A stretch of 64,000 bases of DNA from Macrostomum lignano (lineage: Eukaryota), in NCBI GenBank assembly GCA_002269645.1, contig NIVC01000217.1, positions 434,001-498,000 of the forward strand, in the 5' to 3' direction. The notes under the pieces are model-generated. The model was not told the DNA's origin, made no database searches, and worked only from the letters and a program-made list of their open reading frames with translations. The first letter of the stretch is position 1. The number at the start of each line of letters is the position of its first letter. Shown here piece after piece: positions 27,901 to 37,710 of the stretch. Made by a program: the position numbers and the translations under genes.

Positions 27901-29872
27901 TTCTGCCGCATTTCTTGTTGAAACTCTGGTGCAAAAATATAACTATTTAAGCATTACTGGTGCAAGTTTGACATTTTTCTTTCTTGCAGTGTTTTATTTC
28001 GCCTTCAAGGGAGTAAAATCCAAATGCACACTGCAGTGTCTAAAATTAACTATTTGATTTCAGAGCGTGTAGGTGACAAAAGGCGTGTTTACTAAAGCAA
28101 AAAGCTACCTCAGATTCAAATACGAACCTACCTGCCAGTGTATATATTCAATCTATAACCTACCAACCCTAACCTACCCAACCCTAACCTACCAACCCTA
28201 ACCTACCCAACCCCAAACTACCCGACCCTAACCTACCCAACCCTAAACTACCAACCCTAACCTACCCAACCCTAACCTACCCAACCCTAACCTACCCATC
28301 CCCTATCTACCCAACTCCAACATATCTAATCTACCCAATCCAGCCTACCCATTCTACCCAACCCCAGCCTTCTAAACTTCAACCTACCCAACCCCAGCCT
28401 AATAAACTCCAACCTACCCAATCTACCAAACTCCAACCTACCCAGTCTACCAAACGCCAACCTACCCAGTCTACCAAACGCCAACCTACCCAATCTACCA
28501 AACGCCAACCTACCCAATCTACCAAACGCCAACCTACCCAGTCTACCAAACGCCAACCTACCCAATCTACCAATACGCCAACCTACCCAATCTACCAAAA
28601 CGCCAACCTACCCAATCTACCCAACCCCAACCTACCCAACTCAGATCCTACCAAACCTGACCCTACCCTAAACATTCAACATACAATATTTTTTTCTAAC
28701 TCGAACCAATTCAACTTCGAGCCATCAGTACGCACGCAACCCATCAACCCTTCTCAACTCCCCAACACCCCTCAGGCGTAGGCAAAGGTCTGGTCGGCGT
28801 AGTCAGCCGCCCAGTTGGCGCGGTCGTGGATTTCGCCAGCGACACATTCTACACTGTTCAGCGCGTGGCCGACCTGTCCGAGGTGCCAAGGCGTGTCCGA
28901 GATCCGCGCTACATCCGGCCGGACAGTCGCTTGGTGTACTACCGCCGAATGGAGGCGGCCGGGTACACCATTCTGCAGCAGGCCGTCAAGCCCATTCCCA
29001 AGGAGGTCTACTGCCTGCACTGTCTGGTCAACGATCCCAAATCCCGCGCCCCGGTTGCGGCTCTGGTCACCAACTTCCGTATCCTGTTGGCCCGCCGGGC
29101 CGACCTGCTGGCCACCTGGTCGTGCGACCAGCAATTCACCTGGAATCAGGTGGACGACGTGCGCGAAACTCGAACCGGATTTGAGCTTGTGCTCAAGTCT
29201 AAGAAACGAAAAAGCATCCTTGGCGGCCTGCGAGCGCCTTCTAACGAAGTCTTCAGCGTTCACACCTCACCGGACTGGGCCAGGGTGAGTCTGCTGATCT
29301 ACTGTTAGTAGTGTGCCAGCGCTGCTGCTCTGCGGTTCTCTACATTGCATAATATAGACGGGCGATCAATGCGTGGGTCAAGAACTACACTCTCTTCTCC
29401 TCTTTCCCTTTCTTCCTCGTCTCTACTCCTCTCCTCTCCTCTCCTCTCCTCTCTACTCCTCTCCTCTCTAATCCTCTCCTCTCTACTCCTCTCCTCTCCT
29501 CTCCTCTCCTCTCTAATCCTCTCCTCTCCTCTCCTCTCTTCTCCTCTCCTCTCCTCTCCTCTCTACTCCTCTCCTCTCTAATCCTCTCCTCTCCTCTCTA
29601 CTCCTCTCCTCTCTAATCCTCTCCTCTCCTCTCTACTCCTCTCCTCTCCTCTCCTCTCCTCTCCTCTCCTCTCTAAAAGCCAGCTCTACAGTTTAAACCC
29701 ATCAGAAGTTTACCTGCCCCATAGAAAAATTCATTTCCAGTCGAGAGATGGTTATATTACTACACCAAATTGACTTCAATTTCAGAAAATCGTGACCTGC
29801 ATCAAGCAGCAGATTCGCGATAACGAACAGCGGGGCAGCATCAGCAGCTCCGATAGTCCGCCTACGGCTTAA
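3226..29872 (+). CDS. VPS13: VPS13A/C-like bridge-like lipid transfer protein, 3' part only (5' exons lie upstream of the window); 18 exons
   Basis: Exons traced by hand with AG/GT boundaries and a continuous frame: 3226-3375, 4199-4627, 7092-7559, 13207-13296, 13393-13521, 14003-14104, 14447-14533, 17354-17458, 17559-17645, 18278-18442, 20400-20735, 21194-21583, 22114-22365, 22674-23177, 23915-24064, 24563-24875, 28776-29284, 29786-29872 (TAA). Motifs recalled from VPS13A/C: [62 protein letters not shown]...[54 protein letters not shown] (VAB, ATG2_C-like and PH-like regions). Confidence 0.93.
3690..4185. repeat. 12-bp minisatellite (aaacccaccctc)n running up to the exon acceptor
   Basis: Direct reading. 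Confidence 0.95.
4697..5826. mobile_element. Foldback/MITE-like non-autonomous element with nested inverted repeats and many AGTCG/CGACT motifs
   Basis: Outer IR tgactgtttaacgactca (about 4697) / tgagtcgttaaaaaggtca (about 5808); inner IR tcaggtggtagaatcgtaaaaaagtcg (4727) / cgactcttttacgattctacaactga (ends 5756). No convincing ORF. Confidence 0.65.
5873..6946. repeat. (ATCT)n microsatellite with recurring variant blocks
   Basis: Direct reading. Confidence 0.95.
7650..8355. repeat. 28-30 bp minisatellite (catgacctct...ttcttgtttaggg)
   Basis: Direct reading. Confidence 0.9.
8387..8574 (-). repeat. 3' LTR of the Gypsy element
   Basis: 188 bp, identical by eye to 12827-13014, bordered by the PPT. 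Confidence 0.97.
8721..12759 (-). CDS. Gag-pol polyprotein of the Gypsy element (two CCHC knuckles, aspartic protease, RT, RNase H, integrase), with two single-base frameshifts near 12540 and 10632
   Basis: ATG at 12759 (MAQALQL...); [12 protein letters not shown] and [14 protein letters not shown]; LIDSGAACN; WIHDD; [13 protein letters not shown]; HHCC and D-D-E integrase motifs ([21 protein letters not shown]). Restoring one base at each site joins the frames. Confidence 0.85.
12827..13014 (-). repeat. 5' LTR of the Gypsy element
   Basis: 188 bp, identical by eye to 8387-8574, bordered by the PBS. Confidence 0.97.
13575..13968. repeat. 39-bp minisatellite (ccccaatgtacactcgctcccggcctgcccccgacccac)
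   Basis: Direct reading. Confidence 0.9.
14130..14400. repeat. (TGTC)n microsatellite
   Basis: Direct reading. Confidence 0.95.
17745..18240. repeat. 36-bp minisatellite with core CTGGCCATAGACAC
   Basis: Direct reading. Confidence 0.9.
18545..20345. repeat. 27-bp minisatellite (gtctatggccagggaggtaggttgggt), with core inverted relative to 17745-18240
   Basis: Direct reading; source of the spurious 405 and 488 aa ORFs. Confidence 0.95.
20755..21190. repeat. Degenerate minisatellite with core CCCCAATGTACACT, shared with 13575-13968
   Basis: Direct reading. Confidence 0.85.
21946..22000 (-). mobile_element. tRNA-like SINE head remnant
   Basis: The reverse complement gtagctcagtggtt...gggttcgattccgcg has A and B boxes but is too short for a cloverleaf. 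Confidence 0.5.
22435..22555 (-). mobile_element. SINE fragment of a different family
   Basis: gttaagtgtcttgctcaaggacac...gggaatcgaaccc...gtccgacgctcta is the reverse complement of a tRNA-like head plus a SINE core. Confidence 0.5.
23200..23790. repeat. 22-23 bp minisatellite (gatgagattttgatcaaattgg-like)
   Basis: Direct reading. Confidence 0.85.
24070..24500. repeat. 26-28 bp minisatellite (actcagtttagcgccaattctgacac)
   Basis: Direct reading. Confidence 0.9.
24892..24976. repeat. (GA)n microsatellite
   Basis: Direct reading. Confidence 0.95.
24977..25120 (+). mobile_element. 5'-truncated copy of the same SINE following a (GA)n tract
   Basis: cggcgctctgatgtgccagcggcccaggctcgattccaagtgc is identical to 48518-48560. 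Confidence 0.7.
25817..27619 (+). CDS. HPS4: HPS4-like (BLOC-3 subunit, CCZ1/INTU/HPS4 longin family) protein, 600 aa, intronless, nested in VPS13 intron 24876-28775
   Basis: Long ORF with first ATG at 25817. The N-terminus [43 protein letters not shown]...[13 protein letters not shown] resembles the first longin domain of HPS4 as I recall it ([42 protein letters not shown]...FFNFYNGPVSLAY). The C-terminal half is divergent. Confidence 0.78.
   Translation: MSSSSSVCPFASLLFVYRHSAVRSEADDLRDAILLFHPAETALDTQCLLAGQLMGLTGFVRSTLLTQPVAFELDSLRVASVHCGDLTLCVAAPGVGGEATICEAARGLHRAFQFYCGPLALAFHSAARHSPELQARLEWLSGRLLELFCPTDCPPALLQMASGHVTGFPLMPTRQQQQQQKQAGLRRKRDFARLLLAADCLADRLINCCNSDVASTSASIFAFPAISQASSRRRQVVLGCAIFVSGQLLTSVNLPASVCTALSILADAEHAATLPMSEAMFRIDLQLKDEDDKDLSIFAFHSFVSSDEDWNSRAELDADSAQNGCSGRCGGPSLVPRLTSLCREALLAYRFQEIISLDHSGAPVRRLKCLVWRRRQNDICIVALAAASACLACVRRVAEPLLSPSQLRPLTDALAAADAAEASTSAPEIQPPAPPTLLLRCPPLLLTASSTDVARRFPSTDSVESSAAGLAVELTSPSLGGEFAALSIRVDGRLCVSAARSAGMLSISDKVDLTVPDGSPAAAAAVSFFDESAAVSAASVAGQRRLLGASIAATPTTLLPRFAHLGAAGVSSGLNMLQVPSKPRRTRSLIGGWRPSSRGF
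28150..28670. repeat. C/A-rich minisatellite (aacctacccaacc... variants)
   Basis: Direct reading. Confidence 0.85.
29385..29672. repeat. (CTCCT)n-type repeat
   Basis: Direct reading. Confidence 0.9.
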
Positions 29873-31048
29873 CACTGCAGAAGGAGTTGAGGATGCATGC
29901 GTGAATTAACAACAATTTTTGCTTTCTGGGTTTGATGGGGGACAAAGTTTTTTTCACCCAAATTTCACTTAAACCGTTTCCTAGAACTATTATTAATCCC
30001 CAATATTACTGTTGTTTTGTGGTTTGGTCATAACTATATTTAACCTGCTCGTTTTGTATTATTCCGAATTGTTAAATTGTCGTTTTAATTGGTCAGCTAA
30101 TTAACAATTTAAACAACTTTTTCGAGAGAAAACACTAATTTTATTGCTAGCCTACTTACAGTAAAAAGCTATGAAAATTGCAGTAAAAAAACTAGCAGAC
30201 TTTTAAAAACGGCAAAGAAATTCACGAGCGATTTTTTCGAAATAATCTACTGAATTACTCAATCTATCTTATTTAATTTAAGACGTTTTTTCGCAGTTGT
30301 TGTGATTTACTAAACATTAAAATGATTTATTATTCGCCAAATATTATTGCTGTTTCTGCCGCTACTCCTTTGTCTGCACTCTCATCGCACACAAACGCAC
30401 TCGAGTGGAATCGATGGCATATTTTTCTTTAGTTGTTTTTTTTTTCAAAAAATCCCTAGTTCTCATTGAGTCATCATTTTTCTATTTTAGTCATTATTGG
30501 TTATTCCGAATTTGATTGATTTTTTCTATTGTTATTTCATTGAAAAAATCAATTCACAATATATAATTGAACCTTTCATTTCATTCATTCATCGTTATAT
30601 ATTCGTGAAACATAAATCTTAGTCTCAGTCTTATGTTTATGTTTTTCATCTTGGTTAGCAGGAATCTTTTGGAGCATGAGCGGTAAAGTTCAAGTTTACT
30701 GCTGGCATGACCTGTGAGTCGTGACTGACCGCCATTTTATAACATTAATTATTATTTTAAGAACCATTCCTATTCTTGAAAAATACACATTAAATTATAG
30801 AAACAGACATTGTTTGTTGTTTTAAAAAATATTAGACAACCTAGAAATGTTTTATTTTAATTACATCAATTATTGTATTTTGGGGCCTAGATAATACACT
30901 AATGTGGAATTAAAGCTGTTAGCGGTTTTATAGTGGTTTTAATTTTGTAGCGATTCGATTTTTATGTGGTCTCTCTAACTTTACAACTAATGTACATTTA
31001 GTCCTGTACATCTCTTCTCAGCCCAATATTCTCCGCTGGCAAGCCCAA

Positions 31049-31252
31049 CTAGTTGTTAAATTGAGGAGGTGGGTTCTTTGCGTACATTCCCCGACCGTCG
31101 TCTTCTCGTCCTTTTCTTTATCATCGCCACCCCACCCCCCTCCCCCCTCTAGTTGTTAAATTGAGGAGGTGGGTTCTTTGCGTACATTCCCCGACCGTCG
31201 TCTTCTCGTCCTTTTCTTTATCATCGCCACCCCACCCCCCTCCCCCCTCTAG
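31049..31252. repeat. Exact 100-bp tandem duplication upstream of the ankyrin gene
   Basis: ctagttgttaaattgaggagg...tcccccct occurs at 31049 and 31149. Confidence 0.9.
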
Positions 31253-31541
31253 CCAGCCTGGCCTTTTTTCACACCCTCGCGCACCCCCCTCGTCGCCGCG
31301 TTCTCAATCTGCCTTCCACTCCTCTTTCTCTCTCGCCTCTCTCAGCGCTCACTGCCAGGGCCGAGGGTTAAGAGGAAAGCCAACCCCAGTTGTCATAACA
31401 ACACTCTACCCGCCCGCCCCTTATATTTCTCTAAAGCGTCTTTCTGAGGCGCGCCAATTTAAACAGGCTATTTTAGTTGGCATTTTTTCCTGGTCTTAAA
31501 ATTAAATTGAAATATACATACAGAAGTTGCTAAGAAGCCAA

Positions 31542-32186
31542 ATGACGGTAGAGAAACCGGAGGCCGATGCGGCTGCGGAGGCAGCGGCCGCGCCCGTGGC
31601 AAAACTGCGCGTCAGCAATCCGAAAGAGGAGCTGCTCTGCCAGGCGGCCGAGGATGGCGATTGTAAAACGATTGGCAAGCTGATCAGCGAAATTGAGAAT
31701 GTTGAGCTCAAATGGCCCAGGCTAGAGAATGTAAACTGCTTGGACGCATTGGGTCGCACGGCGCTGATGCGAGCTTCCCAAGCCGGTCACTACGAGGCCG
31801 TGAAACTGCTAGTTGCCAACGGAGCCGATGTGAACTATCGCGACTGGAACGGAGTCACCGCTCTGCACCTGGCAGCCAAACATCACCAATTGCAGGTGGT
31901 GAAGTTCCTCATCATGTCCGAGGCGAGGCTGGACGCGCTGACCCGAACCGGCCTGGCACCCATCGACTTGGCCAGGTACAACTCGGACACCTGGACAGTG
32001 CTCCGACAGGCAGCCACGGGCACCATGCCGACGGTGGACCATCTGGTGCAGACCATCGAGGTGCCCCTGGTGCCAGCCTACGCCATCCCGAAGCCGAAAT
32101 CGGGCGACGGCAAGAAGAAAGGCAAGAAAGGCGGCAAGAAGAGCGGCAAGAAGGGCAAGAAGGGTGGAAAGAAGAAGAAGAAGTGA
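31542..32186 (+). CDS. Small ankyrin-repeat protein (about 3 repeats) with Lys/Gly-rich basic C-terminal tail, 214 aa
   Basis: Ankyrin consensus GRTALMRASQAGHYEAVKLLVANGADVN and GVTALHLAAKHHQLQVVKFLI; tail KKKGKKGGKKSGKKGKKGGKKKKK; first ATG at 31542. Confidence 0.88.
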   Translation: MTVEKPEADAAAEAAAAPVAKLRVSNPKEELLCQAAEDGDCKTIGKLISEIENVELKWPRLENVNCLDALGRTALMRASQAGHYEAVKLLVANGADVNYRDWNGVTALHLAAKHHQLQVVKFLIMSEARLDALTRTGLAPIDLARYNSDTWTVLRQAATGTMPTVDHLVQTIEVPLVPAYAIPKPKSGDGKKKGKKGGKKSGKKGKKGGKKKKK

Positions 32187-32849
32187 AATGCGCTCAATTG
32201 CCTTTTGCATTTTGTCTTTTCCTATCATTTACTTGAGCAACTTCTTTCACTATGGCGGGAGATTATCATCTACCGGTATTTGCGAGCAACAGGTGAAAAT
32301 AGCGGTTACTGGTTCTTGCGTTTTAATGTCATGTTCTCCAGTAAGCTGGCACTCCGAGCCGAAGGTTGTGACCTATTGCAGAAAATATAAGTTTTTTTAC
32401 TCCCAGATATAGTTAATTTGAAATTCTATCAAAAATCGTTTTGTTATATTGATAGGTTATTTTTGTACACAATTCAATTTTTTAAAGATTTATTATGCTA
32501 ACCGTTATTGCAAATATAAAAATCAAAGCTAACTAAAATTTTTGTAGCGAGCGGTTCATTATTTTAGTTGAATGACTTATTGCGTTTTTGTTTTGTTCAA
32601 CGGTAATGTTTTAAAAGCTCACCTGTCTAATTTCAGTGAAAAAATAGGGCAAAGGGCCCTTCTAATGCATCCTAATTGGCCCAAACTCGTGCCTCTCCCC
32701 CGGGTCAAATGTCGATCAATCACGCTCCCTGCGCAAGCGGTTCAGTCCATCATTTATTACCTATTATTATTGGCCTGGAGTCCGACTGGGGACATCTGAA
32801 AATTAACCTGGACTGGAGGCTGTATGGCTGGCTCAATTTAAACAGCATT

Positions 32850-33365
32850 TATCTGGGGAGCTTTCATATCTGCGAAATTTCCTGTCTCCGAAAGCACGTC
32901 TTTCACATCTCCAACATTTCATAAATCCGACTTTTCATATCCCCGACACTCCATACGAGCTATCTCCGACAATTCATGTCTCCGACGCTTCACATCTTCG
33001 ACACTTCACATCTCCGACACTACATATCTCCGACGCTTTATCTCTTCGACACTTCACATCTTCGACACTTCACATCTCTGACACTACATATCTCCGACGC
33101 TTTATATCTCCGACGCTTCATCTCTTCGACACTTCACATCTCCGACGCTTCACATCTTCGACGCTTCACATCTTCGACACTTCACATCTCCGGCACTATA
33201 TCTCCGACACTACATGTCTCCGACGCTTCACTTCTCCGACGCTTCACATCTCCGACGCTTCACATCTCCGACGCTTCATATCTCCATCAAGCTTAACCCT
33301 AGCGGAGATATGAAGCCTGAAGCGTCGGAGTTGTGAAAGAAGTTGCTTTTCGTAGATATGTAACC
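32850..33365. mobile_element. Element with a tandem-repeat arm (ctccgacgcttcacat-like units) and a short inverted arm
   Basis: The right end (agcgtcggagttgtgaaagaagttgcttttcgtagatatg) is the reverse complement of the left-arm motifs. Confidence 0.5.
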
Positions 33366-36139
33366 CTCCTGTTCATCTTTCTAGAAAGTTTTTTATGCAT
33401 AATTTTTTATTGTTAAATCAATATTTCAAATTTTCTTACATCTACGATCGTACGCACTGTAGCTAACTGTAGGCTGCATTCCTTTTGATGCCCTTCTTTA
33501 ATTTGTTAAACCCAATCTGAACAACTGGCTCAATTTAATGATTTGTAAATTCGCCCGGCGGTCTCTTTCAAAATTTTTTTAATTCTTCTTTATTCTGACT
33601 GTTGGCTTCCAATCCATGCGCCATGTGGGTTTTTAGCGGTCCCTGCCAACTCCGAGGACGATAGGAGAGAGAGAGGTGGAGAGCCAGAATCGCTCTGTGT
33701 TTGTTTTTCTACTCCACAAGCTGGCGCGCGCGGGGCCCCCAGGGCGAGGCCCCCGGGGTGGAGCGACTTTGACAGGCGAGGTCGATATTCGTCAATTAAA
33801 ACGGGGGTGGTGGGGGCGAAACCGCAGTCCCAGCAGCAGCCGCCGCCACCGTTTGGGAAAAACCTACAGATAACGAAAATTTCCCCGTTTCTTCGAACAG
33901 AAATTGAAATTAGCCATCTATATTAGTCGGAATAAGAATTTTTGCTGATAGCGGAGAAAGCTTTCCGGAGGGTTTTGAAAGCGTTTGGCTGGGTTGTTGG
34001 AAAACAATGGATTGGTTTAGTAGATGCAGTTTGACAGTCTGCAAGCCCAAGTTGAATATTGTGTGTGGGTTTGTCTGCCATGTTTTATCTCTGTTTTTTC
34101 ATGCCTTTGTGTGTTGACATTTTTATCATACCTTGGCCTTGGCCCTGTTTCCCACTTCATAAGCAGGAGTCTGCGATGCCCACTTGTTAGTTTTGGCCTC
34201 CAGTTTGACTTGATCTTGCTTGTCTGCTTTTAACTTGGCAGAAAAAACGTGTGTTTTCAGCTTTTTGATTTGTGCTAGTAGATGTGTATGTTTGGTTAGC
34301 AACCGCATCCTAGACCAAACATTTGGTAGCACTTGTGAAAGTCACCGAATTCCATTACGGTTTTATCCGGCCTGATTTGACTTTATTGACAAGATAAATT
34401 TCACACGTTTAGGCTTCTTGTAGTATTGTAGTATATTGGGTTGCTACCTAGCGACCAAATTGTTTTCAAAAATTGTATTTATGTATAGCCTGGCTGATTC
34501 CCCAGAAATATCCCCATCTTAGTGGTCGATTTCCGAGTTAGTTGCTCGTAGTTAACAATCTTCCCTTTATAATAATTCTTTCAGGTCGGACTTTTCGGCT
34601 ATTCGAAGTTTGTGGCCAGATTTTTTTGTGTCCCTTTTATAGTCAATTTGGCCTGGCATATATGAAAACGGGGAACAGTTTTGACAAAGTGGATCGAGTA
34701 TGTAGAAGGAACCTTGGGGTCAGTGGATTTTAGAAGTTCATCAAGGAGATCAGTTAGATCTAGAGTCTGGAAGGTAAAAATTAAAAAATTATAAGATCAT
34801 TCTTCATTTCTGCTTATTATTCCTGCAAAATCCAGATCCCATATTTGCGGCCTCCTTAACTCCGTGCACTGTCGGTCAGCCTCCTCCTGGACTGCTTCCA
34901 CTTTTCATTTTTCTGTGAAGCAACCGCCGCAGCCCGGGATGGCATAAATTGGCAAATTTTGATGGGGGCCTAGCCATCCACCATCGGTTTCTTCCCGTAT
35001 TTATTAGACAGGTATTTGACCGCCGCTGCCTTGATGGGAATATTCTGTGTGACGTATTTATTAAGGACAGAAAAGGAAAGCATTATAGACTGACTCGAAT
35101 AAGCTCGAGTGGCTTATACAGACTTCTGCCCTTATTGCTGCTTGCAGTTCGATGTCATGGTTACCTGGCTTTGCTGGGATGCTGGACCTTTGATGCCGGA
35201 TAGAATCCCTCTGTATCACTGTCTCTCCTGCTGGACTTACCCCTATGCAATTCTGAGGGTTAATAAAACATGATGTGCCCCCCCCCAAAGGCATCATTTT
35301 GGATGACTTTTTGCCCCCCCCCCGCTGCCTGACAGGTGGCTGGAAGTCTCACACATTAAACTTGCGTAGCTAGGGCATTTCCCGTGAAATGTCGCGCCAC
35401 CTATCTTATCCCTTCAGACTCTGCAGCCGCATCCCCCAGCTGGATTAATCCACAAATTTGTACACAAGAACCACAATAAGCTAAACATACCTAGTTGGCA
35501 TTTCCTAGTCTGCAATTTTTACGAGTCTATATAACATAATGTTAGAAAGTTTCCGCAATGTCACCCACTACTATATGCTGCAAACGATGTGTTGTTAATC
35601 TGGTGGTCACTTAGCCATGGTAACGCTTTATTATTTGGCTGGTTATAAGCTGTAGCTTTTTAACTCGCTCTCTTAGCAAGCCATAAAATATCCCCATCTC
35701 GATTGGGACATTTTTGCTTCTCGGGGCAGCAACGGATTTTGTGCGTGTCTGTATGTTTTTGCTTTTAAGATAAAGATTTATTAGCATTGGTTTTGATTAC
35801 ACTTTCCTATAGTACGAGATTTAGAATGCTTTGGCAAGATCTGTCCACCTGTTTATGCCTGTGTGTGCGGTTATAAAATTGAATTTTTTCACGCCGGATT
35901 ATCAGATTGGAAAATCCCAACTTCAAGCCGAGGGGGTTGGAGACTGCTTTATGAGTTTGTAGTTCATGCCCGGTATTTCCGCTCTGAAATGTAAACTGAG
36001 TGTTCTGATTCAAGTAATCATACGGTTGCTTTCTATTTTCAACGGTGTTTTACACTTTTAGATAACCTATACAAAAGATTATCATTCTCTTGGTAGATTC
36101 ATTGTCCTATTCCCAAAATCCATTGTATTGTGCAGGGAC

Positions 36140-36400
36140 ACGCAGACAGGCAGACAGGCAGACAGACAGACAGACAGACAGGCAGGCAGCCAGGCAGACA
36201 GACAGACAGACAGACAGACAGGCAGACAGACAGACAGACAGACAGACAGGCAGGCAGACAGACAGGCAGACAGGCAGGCAGACAGACAGGCAGACAGGCA
36301 GGTAGGCAGACAGACAGACAGATAGACAGACAGACAGATACAGACAGACAGACGGACAGACGAGTAGGCAGAAAGGCAGACAGGCAGACAGAGGCAACCA
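36140..36400. repeat. (GACA/GGCA)n microsatellite
   Basis: Direct reading. Confidence 0.95.
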
Positions 36401-37710
36401 GATAAAAAAACTTGATAGGTAAGATTCAAAGATACTAGGGTTATCAGACACTTAAGACACTGGCATACCTAGGCAATTTAGAACACTATATATAAATAAG
36501 ATACTAAAAGTACTAACACTCTTTAAACAGTTGGACACTGAGACGGGCATGCCGACTTCAGAAGATTAAGCACTGTTGCACACCCCTCCAATCATCCTAT
36601 ACCAAGAGCGCACCTGCAATGCGGCTTCTCTTGCGCATTCAAACAGTCAGTTATTATTGCGGCTATCAATTTCTTGTCTTCTGTTATCAAGATTGTTCAA
36701 CGCACCTCTCTCTCTCATCCGAGTTTTCGCCATTAATGTCGATTTCATTACATTGGTTTTGACTAATTTCTTTCGATAACAACAGCCGCGGCTGTAGGGG
36801 GGCATTGAAGGTAAGACGCACAAAGGCTGGCTAGTGTTGGGAAATATATCCTCACCCCCCAAAATTGGCTATAGCGAAAGTTTTTGGCTCAGCTTTGTCT
36901 GCCACAAGCGGGAGGAGATAAGATCTTAACTGGCCCGGCATTCAGGCTGGGTAAAGTCAGGTTTAGTTAGGCTAACGGATATCCCCTAACTGCGGTATGC
37001 TTTAATTGACACAAGCGGCCTTGTTCTCGGCTTGAACAGTGTGTAAATAACAGGCAGTTGCGTATTTATTACCCGGCTTTGCCTATTTTAAGCTTTTGGG
37101 GGGAAATTCGCATTTTTGGCACCTTGGTTTCTTGTTTTTAATTAGGACTTCGTCTAACGCCACACTTCCAGGGAAGAAAAAAACGATTGCACAAATTAGC
37201 CATCACTTGACTGACTGACTGAGGTACAGCCCCATCCCCCTAAGCTGCAAAGACAATATATTACTCTTAGTTGGAGTTGTAATCTTAATGGTTATCTAGC
37301 TATTGTGTTTTACAGTCTTGGTTACTTGGCTGGTGAAGCTAATAATTCATGGACAACTAAATTCGAATATGGACGAATATCAGTTGCAGCCGACTTTAGT
37401 TGCCAAATACATTAGCAAAAAAAGCGTTTCTTAGTGCTACAGGTAAATTGACCAGCAAGAAAAGCAAAGTTAGTGTATACTTTTCTATACGGGTTTTCCT
37501 CCATCGAGATTGTCTATGGTGAAGCCTCTTTAACACCGAAAAAAGTCTGCAACATCCGTCACAGAGAACACAATCATTGTATTTGACGCGTCGCAAGAAT
37601 CTCGACCTCATGCAAAAGACACATCTGCTCCATTGACTTGTAATACTTCAACTTCAACTTCAGAAATCAAATCAAAAACCCCTAAAAGTGAAAGTTAAAA
37701 AAGAAACAAA

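Noticed and set aside
28150-28310. Interstitial telomere (CCCTAA)
   Set aside because: The hexamers are embedded in a longer aacctacccaaccct unit and are not a pure telomeric tract.
30674-30725. KFKFTAGMTC(ES*) resembling the ATOX1/HMA MTCxxC motif, with a gtgagt donor
   Set aside because: There is an upstream in-frame stop and no downstream exon completing CxxC; more likely chance or a 5' UTR exon.
34100-36050. Decayed coding-like sequence on the minus strand
   Set aside because: There are multiple stops and no recognisable domain.
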